Shown here: piece after piece, positions 39,836-48,544 of the stretch | How the letters are laid out: each line of letters begins with the position of its first letter | How positions within the stretch are numbered: position 1 is the first letter of the stretch | Assembly: GCA_003153435.1 (NCBI GenBank) | Contig: PLYR01000066.1 | Coordinates: 16,168-68,312, forward strand | Origin: Bacteroidota bacterium | Lineage (GTDB): Bacteria > Bacteroidota > Bacteroidia > Palsa-965 | Direction of reading: 5' to 3' | Length of the DNA: 52,145 nt | Translations under genes and position numbers: made by a program | Notes under the pieces: model-generated | Databases searched by the model: none | What the model was told of the DNA's origin: nothing | Seen by the model: only the letters and a program-made list of their open reading frames with translations

Positions 39836-39897
39836 AAATGAGTGTCAAACATTTTTAAATATGTCGTCTGAATTCGATAGTTGTTCTACTACTTTTG
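39836..39897 (+). promoter_or_regulatory. Promoter with shared upstream box, copy 3
   Basis: AAATGAGTGTCAAA (39836-39849), N12, TGTC, then TACTTTTG ending at 39897. Confidence 0.7.
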
Positions 39898-39908
39898 ATT
39901 TATAAAAA

Positions 39909-39942
39909 CTAAAGACAACCTAAGACAACCTAAGACTTAACC
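39909..39942 (+). repeat. Three ~10-bp tandem repeats (CTAAGACAAC)
   Basis: ctaaagacaac ctaagacaac ctaagacttaac. Confidence 0.8.
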
Positions 39943-39951
39943 CGTAGACCT

Positions 39952-40626
39952 ATGAAAAACAAATATTTCCGGAGGGCTCACATCAGTGAGGCTAAATTTA
40001 AACTCATACTCAAACTATTCTGTGAAGAAAAGACTGCAGTCGAAATTGCTGAGCTTACGGGAATCAGCAGGGTTACCGTAAATAAATACCTTGGAGATAT
40101 CCGAAACATGATTGTGCGATGTGATGATGAACTCTTAAAACAAGACGCTGAATCATTATTCTCTGAAACCTTTTCCGAAATGAAGCCAAGCTTAGGAAAA
40201 ACTGAAAGTAGAGAGCCGATCAAAATGGTTGGAATTGAAGCGGAGGGAAGGAAACTAAGGATCCGTCCGATTGAGCAAGTTCCTCTGAGTAGAATGCTCC
40301 GGATTACAGAGGGTAAACGGATTGGAAAAAAAGAGGAAGAATTGGCTCAACGATTTTGTGGATTTGTAGATTTGAAAGAAAGACAGTTTTATCAGTTCAG
40401 AACGATCTCTCATCGCAAAAATGGGAAACAAATTGCAAAGGATACAGATCGTTTGTGGAGTATCTTCAGAAATCAGATCCACAAAAGTAAAGGCTTAGCT
40501 TCGAATACGATTTACCTTCATTTGAAGGAATCGGAATTGCGCTGTAATTACACCAAAGTGCAAATTTATGCAATGCTCCTGAAGGTTCTAAGTCGAAGAA
40601 ATGTTAGGGTTGACCGGGCAGCATAG
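39952..40626 (+). CDS. IS1595/IS1016-like transposase derivative lacking recognisable DDE motifs
   Basis: N-terminal MKNKY...ISEAKF..IL.LF...TA.EIAELTGISR.TVN HTH and C-terminal NTIYLHLKESELRCN; the usual VDES, TDGW and NGIE motifs are missing. Confidence 0.7.
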   Translation: MKNKYFRRAHISEAKFKLILKLFCEEKTAVEIAELTGISRVTVNKYLGDIRNMIVRCDDELLKQDAESLFSETFSEMKPSLGKTESREPIKMVGIEAEGRKLRIRPIEQVPLSRMLRITEGKRIGKKEEELAQRFCGFVDLKERQFYQFRTISHRKNGKQIAKDTDRLWSIFRNQIHKSKGLASNTIYLHLKESELRCNYTKVQIYAMLLKVLSRRNVRVDRAA

Positions 40627-40648
40627 GAGTTAGACCATTCACCATACT

Positions 40649-42277
40649 TCAGGTCTGGATTACACCAACATTATAAGCCTGTTTAATCGGCGCATGGTTA
40701 GCCATTTCTATTCCCATAGAAATCCATTTACGCGTGTCAATTGGGTTGATAATAGCATCTAGCCAAAGTCGTGCAGCTGCATAGTAAGGTGACGCCTGTG
40801 CATCATATTTGTCCTTAATACGGTTATATAATTCAGATTCGACTTCAGGAGTGATTAATTCTCCTTTAGCTTTCAACGAAGCAATTTCAATCTGCACGAG
40901 CACTTTGGCTGCCTGGGCTCCTCCCATCACGGCTAATTGGGCAGTTGGCCAGCCAATAATAAGGCGAGGGTCATAGGCTTTTCCACACATTGCATAGTTG
41001 CCGGCTCCATAAGAATTACCCACTATCACAGTGAATTTGGGAACAACCGAGTTGCTCATAGCATTGACCATTTTGGCACCATCTTTAATAATACCACCCT
41101 GCTCGGACCTCGATCCAACCATAAATCCGGTCACATCTTGAAGGAATACAAGTGGAATTTTTTTCTGGTTACAGTTCATTATAAACCTTGCGGACTTATC
41201 TGCAGAGTCTGAATAAATTACTCCCCCAAACTGCATCTCCCCTTTCTTGCTTTTTACAACTTTTCGTTGGTTCGCTATAATTCCAACAGCCCAGCCATCA
41301 ATCCTACCCAGGCCACAAAGAATGCTTTGTCCATACCCTTCTTTGTATTCTTCAAACTCTGAATTGTCGACAAGGCGGGCAATTACATCCAGCATGTCAT
41401 ATTGTTTATCACGTGTATCAGGTATGATTCCCATTAATTCCTGAACATCTTTGGCAGGCAATTGAGAGGTAGTGCGGTTGAAACCTGCTTTATCATTTTC
41501 ACCTATTTTATCCATGATCGTCCGGATCCTAGTCAGACAATCTTTATCATCTGTACATTTGTAATCGGTAACCCCGGAGATTTCGCATTGGGTGGTGGCA
41601 CCTCCCAAACTCTCATTGTCTATCGTTTCGCCAATAGCAGCCTTAACAAGATAGGAGCCAGCAAGGAAAATAGTTCCCGTCTTATCCACAATCAAGGCTT
41701 CATCACTCATAATTGGAAGGTAAGCTCCTCCGGCAACACAACTTCCCATGATAGCTGAAATCTGAATAATTCCCTGAGAAGACATGATTGCATTATTCCT
41801 GAATATCCTTCCAAAGTGCTCCTTATCTGGAAAAATTTCATCCTGCATGGGAAGGAAGACTCCGGCACTGTCTACCAGATAAATAATTGGGAGTCTGTTT
41901 TCCATTGCAATTTCTTGGGCCCTTAGACTTTTCTTTCCTGTAATTGGGAACCATGCACCAGCTTTTACAGTTGCATCATTGGCTACTACAATAGTTTGAC
42001 GGCCCTTCACATACCCAATCACGACAACTACTCCTCCAGCAGGGCAACCTCCATGCTCCTGATACATGTCTTCTCCTGCAAATGCTCCAATTTCAATATT
42101 TGGTCTATCTGGATCAAGCAAAAACTCAATGCGTTCACGCGCGGTGAGTTTTCCTTGATCATGTTGTTTTTCAATACGAGTCTTTCCACCACCTAGATAT
42201 ATCTTTTCCAGTTTCTTCTCCATGGAAGAGATTAATAATCTGAGCTTATCTTCGTTTTTGTTAAATTCTATATTCAT
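40649..42277 (-). CDS. Acyl-CoA carboxylase carboxyltransferase (beta) subunit, methylcrotonyl-CoA carboxylase-like
   Basis: GKLTARERI, NDATVKAG, VDSAG, GSCVAGGAY, GAGNYAMCG; likely start 42277. Confidence 0.93.
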   Translation of the reverse strand: MNIEFNKNEDKLRLLISSMEKKLEKIYLGGGKTRIEKQHDQGKLTARERIEFLLDPDRPNIEIGAFAGEDMYQEHGGCPAGGVVVVIGYVKGRQTIVVANDATVKAGAWFPITGKKSLRAQEIAMENRLPIIYLVDSAGVFLPMQDEIFPDKEHFGRIFRNNAIMSSQGIIQISAIMGSCVAGGAYLPIMSDEALIVDKTGTIFLAGSYLVKAAIGETIDNESLGGATTQCEISGVTDYKCTDDKDCLTRIRTIMDKIGENDKAGFNRTTSQLPAKDVQELMGIIPDTRDKQYDMLDVIARLVDNSEFEEYKEGYGQSILCGLGRIDGWAVGIIANQRKVVKSKKGEMQFGGVIYSDSADKSARFIMNCNQKKIPLVFLQDVTGFMVGSRSEQGGIIKDGAKMVNAMSNSVVPKFTVIVGNSYGAGNYAMCGKAYDPRLIIGWPTAQLAVMGGAQAAKVLVQIEIASLKAKGELITPEVESELYNRIKDKYDAQASPYYAAARLWLDAIINPIDTRKWISMGIEMANHAPIKQAYNVGVIQT

Positions 42278-42528
42278 AGTATTCGGTTTGAAATTGCAAA
42301 ATGAAAGGCTAAGATAAGGATGATTTGCATTCACTTTTAATCCAGACCATTAGGTGGCACTTGATTTTATTGTGAACAGTGCCTGCTATTTAGTTCCTGG
42401 ATGTTGAAAACCTCCTGTATTTGAGTCTTAATAGTATGTACAGCCCCAATCAGGGATGTTGATAAACGCAGCGTTAAGACCCACCGGCATCGTTTTAATA
42501 ACTCTAATTTTGAGAAACACTGCCTATT

Positions 42529-43830
42529 ATGAAAATGAGCACGAAAATCTTCCTTTTTTTGTTTTTTGTGGCTTATGTATTTCCTGGGGCCGATTGTACA
42601 GCTCAACAAGCTGTTAAGAAGAAAGGTTCCTATCTCGAAAAGTATGCTAATGGCAAGAAAAAACTGGAGGGTAATTTTGCTGATTATTTGAAGCAAGGAG
42701 AATGGAAAAGCTTTGATGAAACAGGAAATTTGATAAAATTAGAAAGCTTTAATAACGGTCTTTGGGATGGTAAATACCAAGAATGGTTCGAGAGTGGAAA
42801 ACCAAAAGTAAGCGGATTTTACGTGTCTGGTAAACGATCCGGCCTTTGGACCATATGGAACTCACAGGGTGGGGTGCTTTCCAAAACACTATTCAGTGCT
42901 GATAAGCCCGACGGAGATTACCAAAAATGGTATCCTAACGGCAATTTGGAAGAAAGTTATGTGTACAGGAACGGTTTGCGTGACGGACGATTTGTAAAAT
43001 GGTATCAGAATGGAAAAACAAAGGAGGATGGAGCCTATCGCGAAGATAAAAAGGAAGGTACATGGACCAAATGGGATGAGTCAGGTTCACTGGAGTCTAT
43101 TAAATCATATAGGGATGACCGCAAAGAGGGACTAAGTAGCTCTTATGAGAAAGGAATCAAAATAGAAGAAATCATCTATAACAATGGAAGAAAAGAAGGG
43201 AATTATACGAAGTATTATATCGACGGTAGCATTAAAGAAAAAGGGAAATATGAGAATGATCACCACGACAGCCTTCGGGAGAAGTGGTATGAGAATGGTC
43301 GACTTTTTGAGCAGGCTTTTTATCTGGACGGAAAAGAGGAGGGAATAAGTCGTACTTGGTACCCTGACGGAGCTCTTAAGGAGCAGCAGTTCTACGTGAA
43401 TGGTAAACTCGATAGTACTAGTATGGAATACTACCCTTCCGGAAAAAGAAAGTTCATGATGAACTACCATAAAGGCAAACAGCAAGGAGAATTCATTACA
43501 TGGCATGAATCTGGGAAGATTCAGATGCAATGCCGGTACGAACGAAACAGGCGCACAGGGCAGCTGATTGCATATTATCCGGATGGTAAAAAGGAGAAGG
43601 AAATTTATTATGATGATGGGGAAATGGATGGTTTGTATTTAGAGTTCTTTCCTAACGGGAAACGGAAGATCCAAAGAACCTTTGAACGTGGAACTCCAAC
43701 TGGAATGTATTACGAGTGGGATGACCGGGGGAAGTTGGTAAAAACCGGAACCAGTGAACAGTTTTCTGGAGAGATTGAAGCTTCCAGCGATCCTGCTATG
43801 TTAGAAGGATCTGATCCGACTAAAGAATAA
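42529..43830 (+). CDS. Secreted MORN-variant repeat protein (YwqK-like)
   Basis: Signal peptide; about 15 repeats of ~24 aa (G.W..WY.NG...E..Y..G). Confidence 0.88.
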   Translation: MKMSTKIFLFLFFVAYVFPGADCTAQQAVKKKGSYLEKYANGKKKLEGNFADYLKQGEWKSFDETGNLIKLESFNNGLWDGKYQEWFESGKPKVSGFYVSGKRSGLWTIWNSQGGVLSKTLFSADKPDGDYQKWYPNGNLEESYVYRNGLRDGRFVKWYQNGKTKEDGAYREDKKEGTWTKWDESGSLESIKSYRDDRKEGLSSSYEKGIKIEEIIYNNGRKEGNYTKYYIDGSIKEKGKYENDHHDSLREKWYENGRLFEQAFYLDGKEEGISRTWYPDGALKEQQFYVNGKLDSTSMEYYPSGKRKFMMNYHKGKQQGEFITWHESGKIQMQCRYERNRRTGQLIAYYPDGKKEKEIYYDDGEMDGLYLEFFPNGKRKIQRTFERGTPTGMYYEWDDRGKLVKTGTSEQFSGEIEASSDPAMLEGSDPTKE

Positions 43831-43845
43831 TCTGTAATTTTAAGC

Positions 43846-44424
43846 ATGAAAAAAATCATTTTCTCCTTTTGGAGTTTATTGCTGCTGAACACCGGTTGTA
43901 AGCAGGTTATTAAATTGCGTCCGGTTGGTGACACATCTAAAATGGCTACAACTTCAATCTACGATTTCAAATTGAAGAGTCTGGATGGAACCATTATTGA
44001 TTTTTCCAAGTACAAAGGGAAGAAAATCCTTATTGTTAATACGGCTTCGAAATGTGGGTACACTCCTCAATACGAAGATCTTGAAAAATTAAACAAAGCT
44101 TATGGAGACAAGGTTGTATTGCTTGGCTTTCCTGCCAATAATTTTCTGCACCAGGAGCCTGGAACCAATAAAGAAATAGAACAATTCTGCACTAAAAATT
44201 ATGGAGTGAGTTTTCAGATGTTTGAAAAGATATCTGTGGTGGGATCGGATCAATGCGAACTATACAAATGGTTGACCCGAAAAGAACTGAATGGATGGAA
44301 TGATCAGGCCCCTTCCTGGAATTTCTGCAAATATCTCATCAGTGAAAAAGGAGAGCTATTGGGGTATTATCCTTCGGCCATAAAGCCATTGAGCAAGGAA
44401 ATACTAGATGCAATACAGAAATAA
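43846..44424 (+). CDS. Cys-type glutathione peroxidase family protein (predicted lipoprotein)
   Basis: VNTASKCGYTPQY, GFPANNF..QEPG, WNFCKYL; lipobox NTGC. Confidence 0.95.
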   Translation: MKKIIFSFWSLLLLNTGCKQVIKLRPVGDTSKMATTSIYDFKLKSLDGTIIDFSKYKGKKILIVNTASKCGYTPQYEDLEKLNKAYGDKVVLLGFPANNFLHQEPGTNKEIEQFCTKNYGVSFQMFEKISVVGSDQCELYKWLTRKELNGWNDQAPSWNFCKYLISEKGELLGYYPSAIKPLSKEILDAIQK

Positions 44425-44465
44425 CCAACTCCGCGTTAACCTTTCCAACAAGAATACCTGATTAG

Positions 44466-45284
44466 TCATTTGATTCGTGAAGTCTCTGGATTCCTTAGTC
44501 CCTTATAGCTGAATAGTTTCACCTTTACGGTGCCTACGATGATAGGTGTCTCCACGTAAAGAGGAACCTTATTCTTGTCGTCAGTCACCCAAACGGTCAT
44601 TCCTTCCCCTCCCCGGAATATGGTTCCTTCGACAAGGAGGGGACTAAATTTGATGCAATTGAATTTACCCAGATCCTTATCGGTGTAAACGCCCTTTCCC
44701 AGATATCTTACGTATATCGGATAGAGTTTGTTGTCGAGAAGCAAGGAGATACTCACAGTATCCCGCACTTTACAATTGGAATAATCGATATTTCGCGCAT
44801 AATAGATAGCAGTAAGTACATCAATAGTATTAGATGCGATATTCATACTGTCAACCCGGGTATGGGCTTTCCCTCTTTGGATAGAAGTGTAGACTTTCTT
44901 AGTAATATTATTAAAGAAGTAATCATGTTTTTCCTTTTTGCCTCCTTCCTGAATATTTGCCCGGAAACGCAAGGGGCGAAAGCTTGAAGAATCGAGGAAA
45001 GTTTCAAATTCATCCTGAACCTTATAGAACCAGGCGTATTTCGGGTAGGTAAAGCCTGTTCCTATCAAATGATAACAGGATCTTCCCTTCACAAGGGCAG
45101 GGGATACGGCAAAGGTTGCTTCAGCAGATTCAAGCCAGATAGCCCCCCAATTATAAATGACCTTGAAATGGAGTTCCTCCCCCGAAGAAAAGGCGGAATT
45201 GGAGGTTACGACACCTGTTTGCGCCAACAGGCTATAACCTTGATATAGAATCAAAATGAAGGAGATGAAGACCTTGTTGAGCAC
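44466..45284 (-). CDS. DUF3108 family exported protein
   Basis: GEEL.F...Y.WG, FYKV.D, IYYAR, VWVTDDKNKVP, I.VG.VK. Confidence 0.8.
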   Translation of the reverse strand: MLNKVFISFILILYQGYSLLAQTGVVTSNSAFSSGEELHFKVIYNWGAIWLESAEATFAVSPALVKGRSCYHLIGTGFTYPKYAWFYKVQDEFETFLDSSSFRPLRFRANIQEGGKKEKHDYFFNNITKKVYTSIQRGKAHTRVDSMNIASNTIDVLTAIYYARNIDYSNCKVRDTVSISLLLDNKLYPIYVRYLGKGVYTDKDLGKFNCIKFSPLLVEGTIFRGGEGMTVWVTDDKNKVPLYVETPIIVGTVKVKLFSYKGLRNPETSRIK

Positions 45285-45317
45285 ACATTAAAGATAAGGA
45301 TTAAACGAGACCTCTAA

Positions 45318-45581
45318 TGGCTTTCTTCTTCCTTGCTGGTATGCATATTAATCCTCTGTAGTTTTGGGATTTATGTCTGAAGAGTACTCCGGTGGAATAG
45401 TTGGGATCTGATTGCCAGGCCTCTTGCTCTGAGTAAGTCTATAGCTGCGCAGTTCTTACATCCCTTGCATCACGTGCAGTCTTTTGGGATGACACTCTCT
45501 TTTTCAGTATTTTTAGCACTCAGTTATTACACCTTATTGGTGTTATCAAACTCAATAGGATATGGAACAGGGAAAAGGTAA
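45318..45581 (+). pseudogene. DUF1361 family C-terminal remnant
   Basis: Hand translation gives WLSSSLLVCILILCSFGIYV*RVLRWNSWDLIARP...; in-frame TGA at 45378-45380; N-terminal part absent. Confidence 0.8.
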
Positions 45582-45933
45582 TTATTTAGTGCGTACAATT
45601 CGGAGTTTTGGTTTTGCATTCAGAGGCCTTGGCTTTTTCTTTTCAAAGCCATCTAATGCCTGGATTCATTTGGTGTCAGCAATCTTAGCCTGTTCGGCTG
45701 GCTTTTATCTGGATATAACAAAGATTGAGTGGATAGCCATTCTTTTTGCAATAGCCCTTGTTTTTGTTTCTGAAATGCTCAATTCTGCTCTGGAGACTAC
45801 AATAGATCTGATTTCTCCTGAATTTAACGAGTTTGCTGGCAGAGCTAAAGACATTGCAGCTGGAGCAGTCCTGATTGCAGCTCTAATTGCATTAATTATA
45901 GGAGGGCTTGTGTTTATTCCCAAGTTGCTCTGA
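45562..45933 (+). CDS. Diacylglycerol/undecaprenol kinase (DgkA family)
   Basis: SFGFAFRG, NAWIH, EMLNSALE..IDL, AKDIAAGAVL. Confidence 0.92.
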   Translation: MEQGKGNYLVRTIRSFGFAFRGLGFFFSKPSNAWIHLVSAILACSAGFYLDITKIEWIAILFAIALVFVSEMLNSALETTIDLISPEFNEFAGRAKDIAAGAVLIAALIALIIGGLVFIPKLL

Positions 45934-45950
45934 AGGTGTCCCTTTAGGCT

Positions 45951-46439
45951 CTACTTCATGTTTACAAACTGAACCGGGAGCTCGTATGATTTCTGGCGCA
46001 CAAGGGAAATTATTTTTTGTAATTCATCAATTTTTTTTCCCGTGACTCGTACCTGATCATCCATTAGTTGAGCCTGCACTTTTAATCCGCTGTCTTTTAT
46101 GTCCTTGATAATTTTCCTGGCTGTATCCTTATCAATACCTTCTTTAACTTTCACATCTTTCTTTACCATATTTCCGGAGGCATAAACTTCCTTCCCCGCA
46201 TCCAGACATGTAGGATCAATATTTTGCTTTGCCATCCGGCTCCGGATTACGTCTATTATTGAATTCATTCTCATATCATCTTCCGTAAGAAGGGAGATAA
46301 GGAGGTCCTTCTTATTGAAATTTATTTCAGTTTTAGAATTCCTGAAGTCAAACCGGTTCACAATTTCCTTACGGGCAATGTTTAATACATTGTCAAGAGT
46401 CTGATGGTCCAGTTTGCTTACGATATCGAAGGAAGGCAT
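45951..46439 (-). CDS. yajQ: YajQ family nucleotide-binding protein
   Basis: MPSFDIVS, NRFDF, QVRVTGKKIDELQ; likely start 46439. Confidence 0.93.
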   Translation of the reverse strand: MPSFDIVSKLDHQTLDNVLNIARKEIVNRFDFRNSKTEINFNKKDLLISLLTEDDMRMNSIIDVIRSRMAKQNIDPTCLDAGKEVYASGNMVKKDVKVKEGIDKDTARKIIKDIKDSGLKVQAQLMDDQVRVTGKKIDELQKIISLVRQKSYELPVQFVNMK

Positions 46440-46464
46440 AGGAAATGGTTTAGCATTGACATCT

Positions 46465-47427
46465 TCAGAAAAGGAAATATTTCTGATGCACAAATTCATT
46501 GTTATGACGGTAGCGGCCATCTGGCCTGACATTTGTTTTGTATACGATTGTAATTTCGTTGGTCCCTTTCTGATAACTTCCCAAGGGAAAAGTAACAAAG
46601 TCATAAGAGTATCCGATCTGAATTTTTCCCATCAGCACCCAGCCTCCTTGTATAGCGATGGCATCTCCCAGGCGGATATCAGTTCCGATATAAACCACTT
46701 TCTTTATATTCAGCTTTAAGTTGTATTCAATGTTGATTGGACTGGCCGCATTATACATTGCAATAAGATTGTTCTCCCAGATGAATTCCGGATTAGCTGA
46801 GTAATTATATCCCACATTGAAATAGTAGTTTGGAGACATGGTATATTTGGCAGTATGGCCAGGGTCATCCTTAAAGAATATGGCATGCTCTTCAAGCATG
46901 TTGATAATGGATAGTCCGAAGTGGAAGCGGTCATTGTATATCAACCCTCCAAAGGAGGCATTGGGTATCCATTTGTATTCAACATAATTGCGGTCAACCG
47001 CAGGATCACCGGAGTTATGGACAGATACAAGTCTCGAATCCCAAAATGTCTTGGTGTCATTTCCGGCAACACCAAGGGAAAGCTCTACATCAGGGAAATG
47101 GATGTGGTAGGCTGCATTGAGAGAATAACTAATTCGTTTATAAGGTCCAGTTTCATCACTAACAATGCCACCCGCAACTCCAACTTTGCCTTTCAATAGA
47201 CGGCTGTCTATCATGAAACTCTGGGTGACAGGAGCACCTTCAAAGCCATACCATTGATTCCTGTAATCCAACAATACATTAATATTCTTCTTGACTCCAG
47301 TAAACGCTGGATTATAAGCTATGTAATAATTAGAGGATTGTGTATAGGCAGGGAGCTGCTGGGCGAAGCCCTGAAGCAGAAATGTGTATAATATAACAAT
47401 CAGAAGTGTAAGAGTTTTCTTTTTCAT
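46465..47427 (-). CDS. PorP/SprF family T9SS membrane protein
   Basis: YNPAFTG, YRNQWYGFEGAPVT, IGYSYD, GTNEI; follows a type-B CTD cargo gene. Confidence 0.92.
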   Translation of the reverse strand: MKKKTLTLLIVILYTFLLQGFAQQLPAYTQSSNYYIAYNPAFTGVKKNINVLLDYRNQWYGFEGAPVTQSFMIDSRLLKGKVGVAGGIVSDETGPYKRISYSLNAAYHIHFPDVELSLGVAGNDTKTFWDSRLVSVHNSGDPAVDRNYVEYKWIPNASFGGLIYNDRFHFGLSIINMLEEHAIFFKDDPGHTAKYTMSPNYYFNVGYNYSANPEFIWENNLIAMYNAASPINIEYNLKLNIKKVVYIGTDIRLGDAIAIQGGWVLMGKIQIGYSYDFVTFPLGSYQKGTNEITIVYKTNVRPDGRYRHNNEFVHQKYFLF

Positions 47428-47433
47428 CTTCTT

Positions 47434-48510
47434 TCATCGGATAATTGAAACAGAACCTTTGTAGGGGTTACTTCCATCTCCCAGATCCAGTTTATAATAA
47501 TAAGTTGCGTCAGGCAGCTTTTCGCCCTGATTTGTACCATCCCAATCATTCATATATCCCACCTTCGTATAGACTAGCTTTCCGTACCGGTTATAAATAT
47601 CAAGTTTGCAATTAGGAAATGAGAGGATATTACCAATATACCAGGTATCATTATTGCCGTCTCCATTCGGAGTAAAAGTGTTGTATATAATTACGGAGTT
47701 ATCCTGAATCACAAAGACAGTAACTGTATCCTGTCCAACGCACCCGTAGGAGTCTTTTGCCTGAACAGTGTAAGTTGTTGTTAAGAGAGGTTCGGCGTCG
47801 GGATTAGCAGAACCATTATAATTGATACTTCCTGATGGACTCCAGGAATAGACGGATGCTCCTGAACCGTGAAGAGTTGTTTTTTCGCCTATGAAAATAA
47901 CGGTCCAATGCCCTGCACTAACCGGGGGGGGCTGATGTATTGTAACCGTAACTGTTTCCTGATGAGGTGGACAAGTTCCCTGATCAACAGTCATTGTATA
48001 AGTAGTTGTGACTGTTGGGGTGGCAACCGGGGAAGGCGAGGTGGTGGAAGATAAGCCTGTTGCGGGGGACCAGGAATAAGTCGGGCCTGCGGTAGGATTC
48101 CCGGCACCAATTGTTGCACTTAGGCCGACGCCTCCGCAGAAAGATTGAGCTGATCCCGCATGAGCATACCACATACTATAATAAGATACGGTTACTGTTG
48201 AAGAGCTGGTCGTACCGGCTGAATCTGTAACGGTCAGGGTATAAGTCATGGTCGGGCTGGCACCTATAGTGGCAACCGGATTAGAAACGGATGTACTGCT
48301 TAGTCCTGACGATGGGGTCCAGGAATAAGTATAAGGCAATTTTCCTCCTGTTGCTGCCGGAGTTCCCCCAATGGTGGCTGAACCGCTGTCGCAAACAAGA
48401 GCAGTCGATCCTGCATGGGCAACCAAAGCCTGAGCCTTCAAGGCTGATCCGGCTGTGGAAACCAAGAAAAGGAGCACGATTAGTTTTAAAATCAGATGAT
48501 TCAGGCCCAT
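47434..48510 (-). CDS. T9SS type-B CTD surface protein with Ser/Thr-rich Ig/PKD-like repeats
   Basis: Three YSW.P..GLS....P.A.P..T.TYT repeats; NTFTPNGDGNNDTW...IYNRYG...WDG...TYYY; likely start 48510. Confidence 0.92.
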   Translation of the reverse strand: MGLNHLILKLIVLLFLVSTAGSALKAQALVAHAGSTALVCDSGSATIGGTPAATGGKLPYTYSWTPSSGLSSTSVSNPVATIGASPTMTYTLTVTDSAGTTSSSTVTVSYYSMWYAHAGSAQSFCGGVGLSATIGAGNPTAGPTYSWSPATGLSSTTSPSPVATPTVTTTYTMTVDQGTCPPHQETVTVTIHQPPPVSAGHWTVIFIGEKTTLHGSGASVYSWSPSGSINYNGSANPDAEPLLTTTYTVQAKDSYGCVGQDTVTVFVIQDNSVIIYNTFTPNGDGNNDTWYIGNILSFPNCKLDIYNRYGKLVYTKVGYMNDWDGTNQGEKLPDATYYYKLDLGDGSNPYKGSVSIIR

Positions 48511-48544
48511 ACGAATAGTAAAAGTAAGGATTATAAACCGAAAA

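Noticed and set aside
38104-39849. Perfect 14-bp inverted repeat flanking the 501-aa gene read as an inverton or transposon ends
   Set aside because: No recombinase nearby and no target duplication. Further copies at 37531 and 38193 and the fixed 48-nt spacing to -7 boxes fit regulator sites better. Read-orientation analysis would settle it.
39909-39942. Mini CRISPR array
   Set aside because: 10-bp units with no spacers, and no cas genes.
39952-40626. Active IS1595 element
   Set aside because: No recognisable DDE motifs, terminal inverted repeats or target duplication.
42354-42466. GGCACT/AGTGCC stem and GGATGTTGA direct repeat in the divergent gap; ORF 42367..42696
   Set aside because: Short elements with no supporting context; the ORF overlaps a real gene antisense and has no recognisable motifs.
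44053-44058. Selenocysteine in the glutathione peroxidase
   Set aside because: The active-site codon is TGT (Cys).
45375-45510. Possible structured ncRNA (CATCCC...GGGATG stem) or a minus-strand Cys-rich frame with TGA read as selenocysteine
   Set aside because: Better explained by the plus-strand DUF1361 remnant; the minus frame has no proper start.
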